Shown: in pieces, positions 8,720 through 15,989 of the stretch
Numbering within the stretch: the first letter of the stretch is position 1
Layout: every line of letters begins with the position of its first letter
IMG/VR virus record: IMGVR_UViG_3300009786_000019
Span: 1 to 51,111 of that record
Strand: one strand, 5' to 3'
Origin: a virus
Lineage: Duplodnaviria > Caudoviricetes
Length of the DNA stretch: 51,111 bases
Translations under genes and position numbers: made by a program
Notes under the pieces: generated by a model
What the model saw: only the letters and a program-made list of their open reading frames with translations
Database searches by the model: none
Told to the model about the DNA's origin: nothing

Positions 8720-9275
8720 CTTCGCCGCTGCTATCAGATTCTCCTTTTGGGGGTGTAATGTCTTTGATTACAGGGGCCGCGTACTGCTCCTTTAAATGTT
8801 CCAGTGCCTTTTGAACTTCTTCCTTGCTCATGCTGTCAATCGAGCCATGCCTTATCTCAGACTTGTTGACATAGATATCACCCTTCGCCTGACCTCGACG
8901 GTACTCCGCCTGAACTGCCGCAGAGTACGCCCCGTTTTGCAAAGCCGTATCCCGGATCAATTGCATGTCCCGCAAGTGTCGCTGATAAGTGATGCCAAAT
9001 TTCTGATCGAGTTCGTCCCGATAAGCCTTGATAGCAGAGACAACGTGGGGACTGATATGGGGGTTAGTCAACTCATACGCCCTAGTGTGCGCGGATGATG
9101 CTGGATACCCTGCATTGATAGCAGCTTCCCGCAAAGTAATCTGCCCATCGTTAGCTACGAGTTCTTTGACAAACAGTTCTTGCTTCCGAGTCAACGGACT
9201 CCGAGTAGATGATTTGGGCCTACCCCGCTTTCGTGGTACGGGGTCAGATTTTTTAGGAGCAGCTTTCCGTGGCAT
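8649..9275 (-). CDS. terS: Terminase small subunit
   Basis: LTRKQELFVKEL..EAAINAGY..AHTRAYEL HTH signature; N-terminal AT-hook RKRGRPK. Confidence 0.75.
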   Translation of the reverse strand: MPRKAAPKKSDPVPRKRGRPKSSTRSPLTRKQELFVKELVANDGQITLREAAINAGYPASSAHTRAYELTNPHISPHVVSAIKAYRDELDQKFGITYQRHLRDMQLIRDTALQNGAYSAAVQAEYRRGQAKGDIYVNKSEIRHGSIDSMSKEEVQKALEHLKEQYAAPVIKDITPPKGESDSSGEVGKGLLEPDKTVVKDINDGAEIH

Positions 9276-9319
9276 ATCAGTAGTTAACCTAAGTGAGTCG
9301 AGACAAATCTTAGTCTAAG

Positions 9320-9567
9320 CTATATAGAGATGTAAAATTATAAATAAATATTTTGATTTTCAGGCGCATTAAGGCACTTTCGCTATTTGAACCCTAAAAG
9401 GTTACATAATAGAGAAAACAAAGAAAAATAAGTAACCCAATAAGTAACCCATAAGTTATTGTTTTAGTTACCTATTGTATAGTGGTTACGTCAGTTACAC
9501 TGGTTACGGGTTGAAATTAAAAAAAATAAAAAAAATAATTCTCTGTCTATATAGGTAGAAGCGTAAC
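9320..9567. other. Putative replication origin
   Basis: AT-rich non-coding stretch with 8 GTAAC/GTTAC pentamers and CTATATAG palindromes near both ends (9320, 9547). Confidence 0.6.
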
Positions 9568-9575
9568 TTTCATTC

Positions 9576-9600
9576 AAAAAAAACCCCGCCGAAGCGGGGT
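9576..9600 (-). terminator. Rho-independent terminator
   Basis: ACCCCGC-UUCG-GCGGGGU plus U-tract. Confidence 0.9.
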
Positions 9601-9610
9601 AAGGTTAGGG

Positions 9611-10363
9611 TTAAAATTCGGCACATAAATCAAATTTACGCAAGTGATGTTCCGGGTGCCGTGGATGGTGTTTCGCGTATTCTGCGACGAGGTATGCAAC
9701 ACCCTCAAGGCTATACGCAAAATGAGCGTCGTAAGCAGGGTCTTCGTCTATCCACTCTGGGCAGTTGATGTACCACCTTTCAAACTCGGGTTCATGTTCA
9801 AAAGCGATGTCCCACTTTTTGGCGAACCGTCTGATCTTCGACACTTCAGCATTATGCTTTCGCTTTGATGCTTCGACCAACTTTGGTTTCTCGGCCAACT
9901 CCGTTTTGCCTTCAGCGGTTAGTCCAACTCTGCCAGAACAAGTGAGTTCCCAAACGTCCGACACTCTGGCACGACGCTTAACCACTTCTCCTTTGATGCT
10001 CACTATGTCTTTTGATATGCCGCAAACGTAACGTTTACCTGATACCAGTTGATAGTGATTACCGGCAACCAGTAAAAACACTCGCCCTGCCGTTCGATCT
10101 TCTTTTGATTTTTTCAGCCATTGCGTAAGCGTTGGCCGGTTTTTGCGATCAGAGGAAAAAACTTCAGTTGCTTCAATGTTCCAGTATTTTTTCAAAGCCT
10201 GTAACAAGACTGAACGGTTAGTTCCTCGAACTGCTCTCTGACCGCTGACCAATCGGATGGCTAATGCCGCCATATTAGTGTCGCAACCAGTGAGAGCAGA
10301 GATAGCGGCGGGGCCGCAGTATCCATTGTGGCCTTTGGGCCGGTTTACTTTTTGAATTTTCAT
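9611..10363 (-). CDS. Early protein with a possible papain/C39-like Cys-His domain
   Basis: GYCGPAAISALTG...LLVAGNHYQLV. Confidence 0.5.
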   Translation of the reverse strand: MKIQKVNRPKGHNGYCGPAAISALTGCDTNMAALAIRLVSGQRAVRGTNRSVLLQALKKYWNIEATEVFSSDRKNRPTLTQWLKKSKEDRTAGRVFLLVAGNHYQLVSGKRYVCGISKDIVSIKGEVVKRRARVSDVWELTCSGRVGLTAEGKTELAEKPKLVEASKRKHNAEVSKIRRFAKKWDIAFEHEPEFERWYINCPEWIDEDPAYDAHFAYSLEGVAYLVAEYAKHHPRHPEHHLRKFDLCAEF

Positions 10364-10429
10364 AATTGAAAACCGTAAAGGGTTACCCCCTCACGTCCTT
10401 TAAGTAAGTTGAAAGCGTTTGTATCCACA

Positions 10430-10462
10430 TTGTTAAAGAGCGGATGGGACCGGGTCCCACCG
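10430..10462 (-). promoter_or_regulatory. rrn/nut-type boxA preceded by a hairpin (antitermination site)
   Basis: Minus strand GGTGGGAC-CCG-GTCCCATC immediately followed by CGCTCTTTAACAA. Confidence 0.65.
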
Positions 10463-10477
10463 TTGACACTATTTGAT

Positions 10478-10522
10478 AATGTCAATATTGACATTGTCTC
10501 ATATACCAACCGTTAAGTCCAA
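10478..10522 (-). promoter_or_regulatory. Promoter with operator and perfect 18-bp palindrome
   Basis: TTGGAC-18-(TGA)GACAAT; TCTCATA at 10497-10503; AATGTCAATATTGACATT at 10478-10495. Confidence 0.5.
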
Positions 10523-10567
10523 CTATTTATTTTCTTCAATTAAATCAACAACTTAGGAGGGGTCTTA

Positions 10568-10750
10568 TCAGCCTTGTTGAACTCGCCGCCACGCTTCATC
10601 AATTTCTTCCGAGGTGTAGGGCATCATAAAATTTGAACGGTCCGTTGAAAAATACTTCGCAGCGGTGGCTTCATCGTGACTCACGGTCCGTGCAAAGCGC
10701 ACCACGGCCTCGATAATTCTAACGGCCTCTTTGTAGCTTAACTTTTCCAT
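10568..10750 (-). CDS. Hypothetical protein
   Basis: 60-aa ORF translationally coupled (TAATG) to the upstream ORF. Confidence 0.65.
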   Translation of the reverse strand: MEKLSYKEAVRIIEAVVRFARTVSHDEATAAKYFSTDRSNFMMPYTSEEIDEAWRRVQQG

Positions 10751-11196
10751 TAGGGTTTCTCCCGGGTAGTGACTTCGTTGAAAAGTTCTTGTTCGGTTGG
10801 TGAAAGCGCTCGTTCATTAATTTCCAAAAGAAATTTCTTCATCTTTTCGCGCATCCCTTGGTAATCGGCAATCGGCCACAACTCAGTTTTTTCAACGCCG
10901 TAGTAGATGAACTGCGCCCCACCACTCAATAGTCTTGGTGTTTCCGCGATATCTTCTTCAAGAACGTCATATTCTTGTCCCAAGTACATCGCGCCGTCGT
11001 TATAGTCGATACCGCTGATCAACAGATGTTTGTTGAGTTCCGGGCACCAGTATACTTCGTTCATCTCTACTGGTTGGCTTTCCATCCTTTTGTTGTAAAA
11101 CATTTTTCTCAGGTGCGCCCAAGTGCTGGCTTCTTCAAAAACATCCCTCTTTTTTCTCACTTGTAGCCAAGTGCTGCCTTCTTCAAACACATCCAT
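10750..11196 (-). CDS. Hypothetical protein with a duplicated N-terminus
   Basis: 148 aa; GGAG SD; 16-aa repeat DVFEEGSTW.. / DVFEEASTW.. Confidence 0.7.
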   Translation of the reverse strand: MDVFEEGSTWLQVRKKRDVFEEASTWAHLRKMFYNKRMESQPVEMNEVYWCPELNKHLLISGIDYNDGAMYLGQEYDVLEEDIAETPRLLSGGAQFIYYGVEKTELWPIADYQGMREKMKKFLLEINERALSPTEQELFNEVTTREKP

Positions 11197-11211
11197 ACCA
11201 TTCTCCGGTTT

Positions 11212-11254
11212 GTTAGTTGAGTAAGAAGTATAGGACGGTATGAGATAATGTCAA
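11212..11254 (-). promoter_or_regulatory. Sigma70 promoter + tandem operator + leader seed
   Basis: TTGACA-16-TATACT; TATAGGA at 11229 and TATGAGA at 11239; TCAACTAAC at 11212-11220. Confidence 0.75.
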
Positions 11255-11261
11255 TTAGAAT

Positions 11262-11336
11262 AAAAAAACCCCGCGAGGAGCGGGGTCTGAGGGGGTAAAA
11301 GTCCCTCCGAAGAGGGACACGCTTTCAACTAACGTT
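11262..11336 (-). ncRNA. Candidate trans-acting antisense sRNA (~75 nt)
   Basis: Promoter TTGCAT-17-TATCCT (11370-11342); 5' seed CGUUAGUUGAAAGCGU; GUCCCUC-UUCG-GAGGGAC hairpin; terminator ACCCCGC-UCCUC-GCGGGGU plus U-tract; seed complementary to seven early leaders. Confidence 0.65.
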
Positions 11337-11362
11337 CTTTGAGGATATCCGTGATGATATCG

Positions 11363-11521
11363 CTATGCAACTTTTTCTGAGGCTTTCCGCGTGTGCGTGT
11401 AAAGTTCTTGCACTTTCCGTAGCTGACCACTAATGGTCCGGCCCTCGCGTTTCGCGTCCCGTTTAATCTGTTCATAGACGGCTTTCGGCACCAGTACCGA
11501 CTTCCATTTATTGGTATCCAT
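11363..11521 (-). CDS. Ribbon-helix-helix (Arc/CopG-like) repressor, 52 aa
   Basis: KWKSVLVPKAVYEQIKRDAKREGRTISGQLRK fits the strand-helix-G-x-T-helix pattern; ATG at 11521 after GGAG. Confidence 0.7.
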   Translation of the reverse strand: MDTNKWKSVLVPKAVYEQIKRDAKREGRTISGQLRKVQELYTHTRKASEKVA

Positions 11522-11540
11522 GTGTTTCTCCAAACTGATG

Positions 11541-11575
11541 TCTGCGATTATATGGGAACATATATAATAAGTCAA
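11541..11575 (-). promoter_or_regulatory. Near-consensus sigma70 promoter with an autoregulatory operator
   Basis: TTGACT-17-TATAAT; TCTGCGA at 11541 and TATGGGA at 11551 overlap the -10. Confidence 0.8.
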
Positions 11576-11599
11576 AAAAAGCCCCGTCGAAACGGGGCT
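11574..11599 (-). terminator. Rho-independent terminator after DNA polymerase
   Basis: AGCCCCGT-UUCG-ACGGGGCU plus U-tract. Confidence 0.85.
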
Positions 11600-11661
11600 A
11601 AGGACCCTTGCAGAGAGTCACGCGCTTGAAAGAGCTGACCACAAACAGGGGGCCAATGCAA

Positions 11662-13554
11662 TTATTTTGCTTCGCCCCACGAGTCACCAATCTCGACATC
11701 GCATAAACTAGGTACTTCCAAAGGCACCGCCTCAGTCATAATCTTGGCTACCGCTTCTGCTTCGGCTTTATTTTTCACGGACATCGCTATCTCATCGTGA
11801 ATCTGAAGCATGGGCAATCGTCCGGTGTTATAGATATCGACCATCGCTTTCTTGGTCATGTCAGCAGCAGACGCTTGGATCAGGCGGTTCAGGGCTTTGT
11901 AGGTAAACGCCCGCTTTAATCGCGTGGTTTCACCGTACTCTTTGACCGCATCTTTATACGGCATCGCTTTGCTCATCCCAAAAGTATCGGGTTCCCAGAG
12001 ATCGAACCTGCATTTCCTGCCCAGAATGCTGCGGATCGAGCCACTGGCTGACCGGTCATTCAAGCGGTTTTGCACACCTTGCATCAAACCTTTCACAAAC
12101 GGTACGCGGTTGTGGTATTGCTTGACCAAATCCTTGGCCTCATCCACGGGGATATCTAGCTGTTCACTCAGCTTGTTAACACCCATACCGTACATCATGC
12201 CTAGATTGATCGTCTTAGCCTGTTTGCGCTTAATTTTCGCCATCTCTGCGACCATCGTGTGGAAGTCAGTTGTGGCATCGTTACAATAGCCGTCCACAAA
12301 CTCCTGTACGCCCTCTAACGGGATTCCCCGCGACTGCCCATATATGTGTGCATAATGAACCAAGATCCGTGGTTCCTGCTGAGAGAAGTCTATGGCCGCC
12401 CACTGCTCACCTTCTTCCGGTAGAAACAGACTGCGGATCATGGGGCCAATCTCAGGATCTCTGGCGGGAATTTGTTGCAGGTTAGGATTGTTCATGCTGA
12501 TCCTTCCTGATACCGTACCCCCATCGTCTGAACGAATTTGGTTAATGTGACTATGGATGCGGCCATCTGTGTGCGTGTGACGCATGATTGTGTTGATGAA
12601 GGTCCCGCTAGTCTTGTTCAGGTTCCTAGCTTCAAGGATGAGCTTCGCGAGTGGGGCCTGATGCTCCTGAAGGAAGAGTTTCGTGAACGACGGACTGCCA
12701 TTTTTGGTCTTTGGGAATGTGATCCCGCACTTGTCGAAAGCCTTGGCAACCGATTGTGCTGCCCAAATCTCCACATCCATCCCAGCTTTTTTCTTGATTT
12801 CTTTGATGACGGCCCGTTCCCGTTTGAGAATTTCATCTCGCGTTCGCTCAACTCGGTCAGTGTCCACTCGGACACCCTTCATAGTCATTTCGACGAGGAC
12901 TGGGAGGAGATCAAGTTCGAGATTAACAATGTCCCAAAGGTCTTCCTTGCCAAGCTCGACCCGGAAGTATTGCCAAAGTTCAAGCGCAAGAACCGCGTCA
13001 GTCTCAGCGTAGGGACCGACATACATGGACGGCATCTTCCACATCTCAGCCTTCGGATCGACACCAAATTCCTTCGCAGCAGCGACTAAATCTTTTTCGG
13101 ATTTTGTTTTGTTGAGGTAGTCGTAAGAGCAAGCGTTGAGCGAATAACTAAATCGGTTTTCGTCCAACAGACTGGCGATCAGCATGGTATCTATGATCCG
13201 CCCATTGACTTCAAAGCCACTGGCGCGGAGCCAACCCAGATCATATTGGGCGTTGTGCATGACTTTCTCGCACGGCAACTTTAATAACTTGGTCATCCAT
13301 TTGTCGACAATGCGCTTGTCGATGTTGCCCCCGCCAAAATGTGCGATGGGCACGTAACCCTTCCAATCCTCCGTGGCAATTGCGTATCCGCAGATTTCGC
13401 CATTATTGGTTGCCCAACCCGGTCCCTTTGTTTTCAGGTCCGGGTCCCGCGTTTCGAGGTCAATCGCTATACGTTTTGCGCTGGACAGATCGGGTAGCTC
13501 AAGCGGCGGCACCCACTCCGTCTTTGGTGGAAACATTGCCATCTGTAATGTCAT
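11662..13554 (-). CDS. polA: DNA polymerase family A with 3'-5' exonuclease
   Basis: ExoI DLET; motif A DFSQQEPR; motif B RKQAKTINLGMMYG; motif C QIHDE. Confidence 0.95.
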   Translation of the reverse strand: MTLQMAMFPPKTEWVPPLELPDLSSAKRIAIDLETRDPDLKTKGPGWATNNGEICGYAIATEDWKGYVPIAHFGGGNIDKRIVDKWMTKLLKLPCEKVMHNAQYDLGWLRASGFEVNGRIIDTMLIASLLDENRFSYSLNACSYDYLNKTKSEKDLVAAAKEFGVDPKAEMWKMPSMYVGPYAETDAVLALELWQYFRVELGKEDLWDIVNLELDLLPVLVEMTMKGVRVDTDRVERTRDEILKRERAVIKEIKKKAGMDVEIWAAQSVAKAFDKCGITFPKTKNGSPSFTKLFLQEHQAPLAKLILEARNLNKTSGTFINTIMRHTHTDGRIHSHINQIRSDDGGTVSGRISMNNPNLQQIPARDPEIGPMIRSLFLPEEGEQWAAIDFSQQEPRILVHYAHIYGQSRGIPLEGVQEFVDGYCNDATTDFHTMVAEMAKIKRKQAKTINLGMMYGMGVNKLSEQLDIPVDEAKDLVKQYHNRVPFVKGLMQGVQNRLNDRSASGSIRSILGRKCRFDLWEPDTFGMSKAMPYKDAVKEYGETTRLKRAFTYKALNRLIQASAADMTKKAMVDIYNTGRLPMLQIHDEIAMSVKNKAEAEAVAKIMTEAVPLEVPSLCDVEIGDSWGEAK

Positions 13555-13937
13555 TCTCCCCACACCTTAGTTTTAGTGCCACCAAAATAAGGTACTGCCA
13601 ATCCCTCCTCGATCAACGTTTCGCAAATGTTAACGCCGGTTATACCTTTATCGTCAACGGTATAGGGTGCGGCTAACACACGCCCATACTTGTCTAACTC
13701 CTCACTGACGAACCGTACTTTTTCGCCGCATAGTTCTTCAACGCGGGCCGTGGCCTGAAGACCAAGCTTTTTCTCTGCGAGATTACGGGTCCGTTTTTCG
13801 GGGGTGTCGATCCCCAGAAAGCGCAGCCTTTTCTTTTTCAGCACTATGCCAAAGCCAAGGTCCACATCCACATCAATGGTATCGCCGTCCACCACGCGCA
13901 CCACCGTCCCTTCATAGTAATAAAGAGGGTTACTCAT
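13551..13937 (-). CDS. Thermonuclease (SNase-like)
   Basis: RVVDGDTI..RFLGIDTPE..DKYGRVLA. Confidence 0.9.
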   Translation of the reverse strand: MSNPLYYYEGTVVRVVDGDTIDVDVDLGFGIVLKKKRLRFLGIDTPEKRTRNLAEKKLGLQATARVEELCGEKVRFVSEELDKYGRVLAAPYTVDDKGITGVNICETLIEEGLAVPYFGGTKTKVWGE

Positions 13938-14275
13938 TTTTCATTATCCTCACACGGAGCACCATCTAAATTGATTTTCAGAGTTTCAAGCAAATCCAAT
14001 TCGCTTTCGGTGGCTTTAAAGAAAAAGGCAGGGGTTCCATCCCCCATAGAGGCTCCGGCTATGTTGTATTCGTAATATTCGATGGCTTCGTCATAGGACA
14101 TTCCATCACCTATGAGGAGGTTGATAACCTTATCCTCATCGTACAGAAGGCAGTCGTCGTGACCCGATTTCCTACAAAGCCCTATAATTGCTTCATCAAA
14201 GCCATCTATCTTTAATACCTTACCATCCAAGTCCCAACGTCCCGACTCGTCATATTCATACAGTGAATCATTCAT
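13934..14275 (-). CDS. Hypothetical protein
   Basis: 113 aa; DGFDEAIIG..EAIEYYEYNI; ATGA-coupled on both sides. Confidence 0.7.
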   Translation of the reverse strand: MNDSLYEYDESGRWDLDGKVLKIDGFDEAIIGLCRKSGHDDCLLYDEDKVINLLIGDGMSYDEAIEYYEYNIAGASMGDGTPAFFFKATESELDLLETLKINLDGAPCEDNEK

Positions 14276-15786
14276 AACTGGTAGCTCCTGTTGTGGTCTT
14301 GGGGTTCGACCAAAAATAAATTTTTTAAACTCCGTGTTATTGCAACATAAAAGGTTCTGTGCATGTCATCGGGGTTCAAGCTCATTTGTTGATCGGCGGC
14401 GGGGGATAGATCGGTGAACACAACAACGTTTTCCGCCTCCCCACCTTTGGCACCGTGGATCGTGGACACTGTGATACGCGGCACGGCGGTAAACTGCTCG
14501 CCCCGGCGTAACATGGCGATAATGTAAGCCCTGTCCTGTTCGGGCAGCTTGTCCATCGCCTGATGCCATAGCATGTCTTTGGTAGCCACTAAGCCATGAT
14601 GTTCCTGCAACTCCTGAAGATTTACCATATCCTCATCGTCGAGGGACGGCAACTTCTTAAAGCCGCGTAACACCCTTGTTTTTAGGGACATAAAGCTATA
14701 AATCTTCCGTGCAGTATCCCCTGTGATGGGACGGCCCTTTCTTAGTTCTTCCCAACCAATCACCGACGCGCTGATTTTTTCGCTGATGCTCCTGAAGCCA
14801 CGGTAGGTAAATAGGTAGCCACTGGATTTCAAATCCTGTTGTACCGGCTGTAGCAGGTACCCAGCCTGACCTAAAATGAGCCATGTGCCGTGGGCCATGT
14901 CCAGTTCGTCAACATTGTCTATTCGCTCTACCCGCCCCTCTTCCTTACGGGGTTCGTATTTTTTGGGGAACCGGTTGCGGATGCGGTTCACAACCTGCTC
15001 TGCAAGACTATGTACCTTGCTGGGTATCCGGTAGCTTTGGGTCAGGGTTTCTACCCCACCCTCCAGATTAATGAAATGATCAACGTCAGCCCCTGCCCAA
15101 CGATAGATGGCTTGGTCATCATCCCCCGCGCAGTACATCTTCTCTGACTTATCATCGAGCAGATGGGCAATGTCCCACTGTAAAGGACTGAGATCCTGCG
15201 CTTCGTCCAAAAAGGTTAACTTAAAATGTGGGCAGTACCGCGCACCAGACTCCACAAACACGGCAAGCATGTCGGTGAAATCGTACAGATTGAAGCGGTG
15301 CTTGTATTCACGTAGCGTCTTGTCCACGTAATCAACCAGATTCCATTCCTCGTCGATGTCGCTGATGTTGTATTGTTCTCTGAGCGATACTTTTCGTAGA
15401 CGGGCCAGATTGATGACCCCAAGGACAGGGTCAGCCGCGCTGTTGATTGACGGCAGATCATCGTCCACCGTGGATTTTGCGCCGTTCAGCGTGACCCCAC
15501 AAACCCGTGACAGTTCCCGATAGTTTTCGGCTTGCATCACCTGATCCCGTTTGATGTCGGTTAGGGTCAAGGCGAGACTGTGCAGTGTCCTGAAGTTTGG
15601 CAGGTCCTCTTTTGGGCAGAGATCAAACCGTTTAGCAGCACGTTCTTTGGCCTCGTTCGCGGCTTTGCGCGTAAAAGCCAGAAACGCAATCTCCGTGGGC
15701 CGTGTGCCCTGCTCCAAGGCTTGGTCAACCATATCCAAAAGTGTCGTAGTCTTACCCGTGCCGGGTGGACCGAAGATACGGAACAT
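14272..15786 (-). CDS. SF1 UvrD/Rep-like helicase
   Basis: GPPGTGKT, DEAQD, GDDDQAIY, STIHGAKGGE, YVAITR. Confidence 0.92.
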   Translation of the reverse strand: MFRIFGPPGTGKTTTLLDMVDQALEQGTRPTEIAFLAFTRKAANEAKERAAKRFDLCPKEDLPNFRTLHSLALTLTDIKRDQVMQAENYRELSRVCGVTLNGAKSTVDDDLPSINSAADPVLGVINLARLRKVSLREQYNISDIDEEWNLVDYVDKTLREYKHRFNLYDFTDMLAVFVESGARYCPHFKLTFLDEAQDLSPLQWDIAHLLDDKSEKMYCAGDDDQAIYRWAGADVDHFINLEGGVETLTQSYRIPSKVHSLAEQVVNRIRNRFPKKYEPRKEEGRVERIDNVDELDMAHGTWLILGQAGYLLQPVQQDLKSSGYLFTYRGFRSISEKISASVIGWEELRKGRPITGDTARKIYSFMSLKTRVLRGFKKLPSLDDEDMVNLQELQEHHGLVATKDMLWHQAMDKLPEQDRAYIIAMLRRGEQFTAVPRITVSTIHGAKGGEAENVVVFTDLSPAADQQMSLNPDDMHRTFYVAITRSLKNLFLVEPQDHNRSYQL

Positions 15787-15989
15787 CAGTCGTCGCAGTT
15801 GGGGCAGCTACCTCTGGTGTAGTCCCCCTTTGCAAACCAGTTCTCCTCGGTCTGACTTTTCATTCGCTCAAACACCTGACGAACACGTTCACGGGACAAA
15901 CCCAGACGCTCACCGATAGCGGTGAACGTCATGTCCTCGACATGTCGCATTCGGTAAATTTCTGCATTTCTATCTGATTTTTCCTGCAT
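15786..15989 (-). CDS. Sigma70 region-4-like HTH protein
   Basis: TFTAIGERLGLSRERVRQ. Confidence 0.75.
   Translation of the reverse strand: MQEKSDRNAEIYRMRHVEDMTFTAIGERLGLSRERVRQVFERMKSQTEENWFAKGDYTRGSCPNCDD

Noticed and set aside
11341-11380. Plus-strand mini-ORF (GAGG..GTG ATG..TGA, 9 aa) explaining the inverted seed as another leader
   Set aside because: No plus-strand promoter is evident, and hairpin U-tracts and a promoter point to minus-strand transcription. Not fully excluded.
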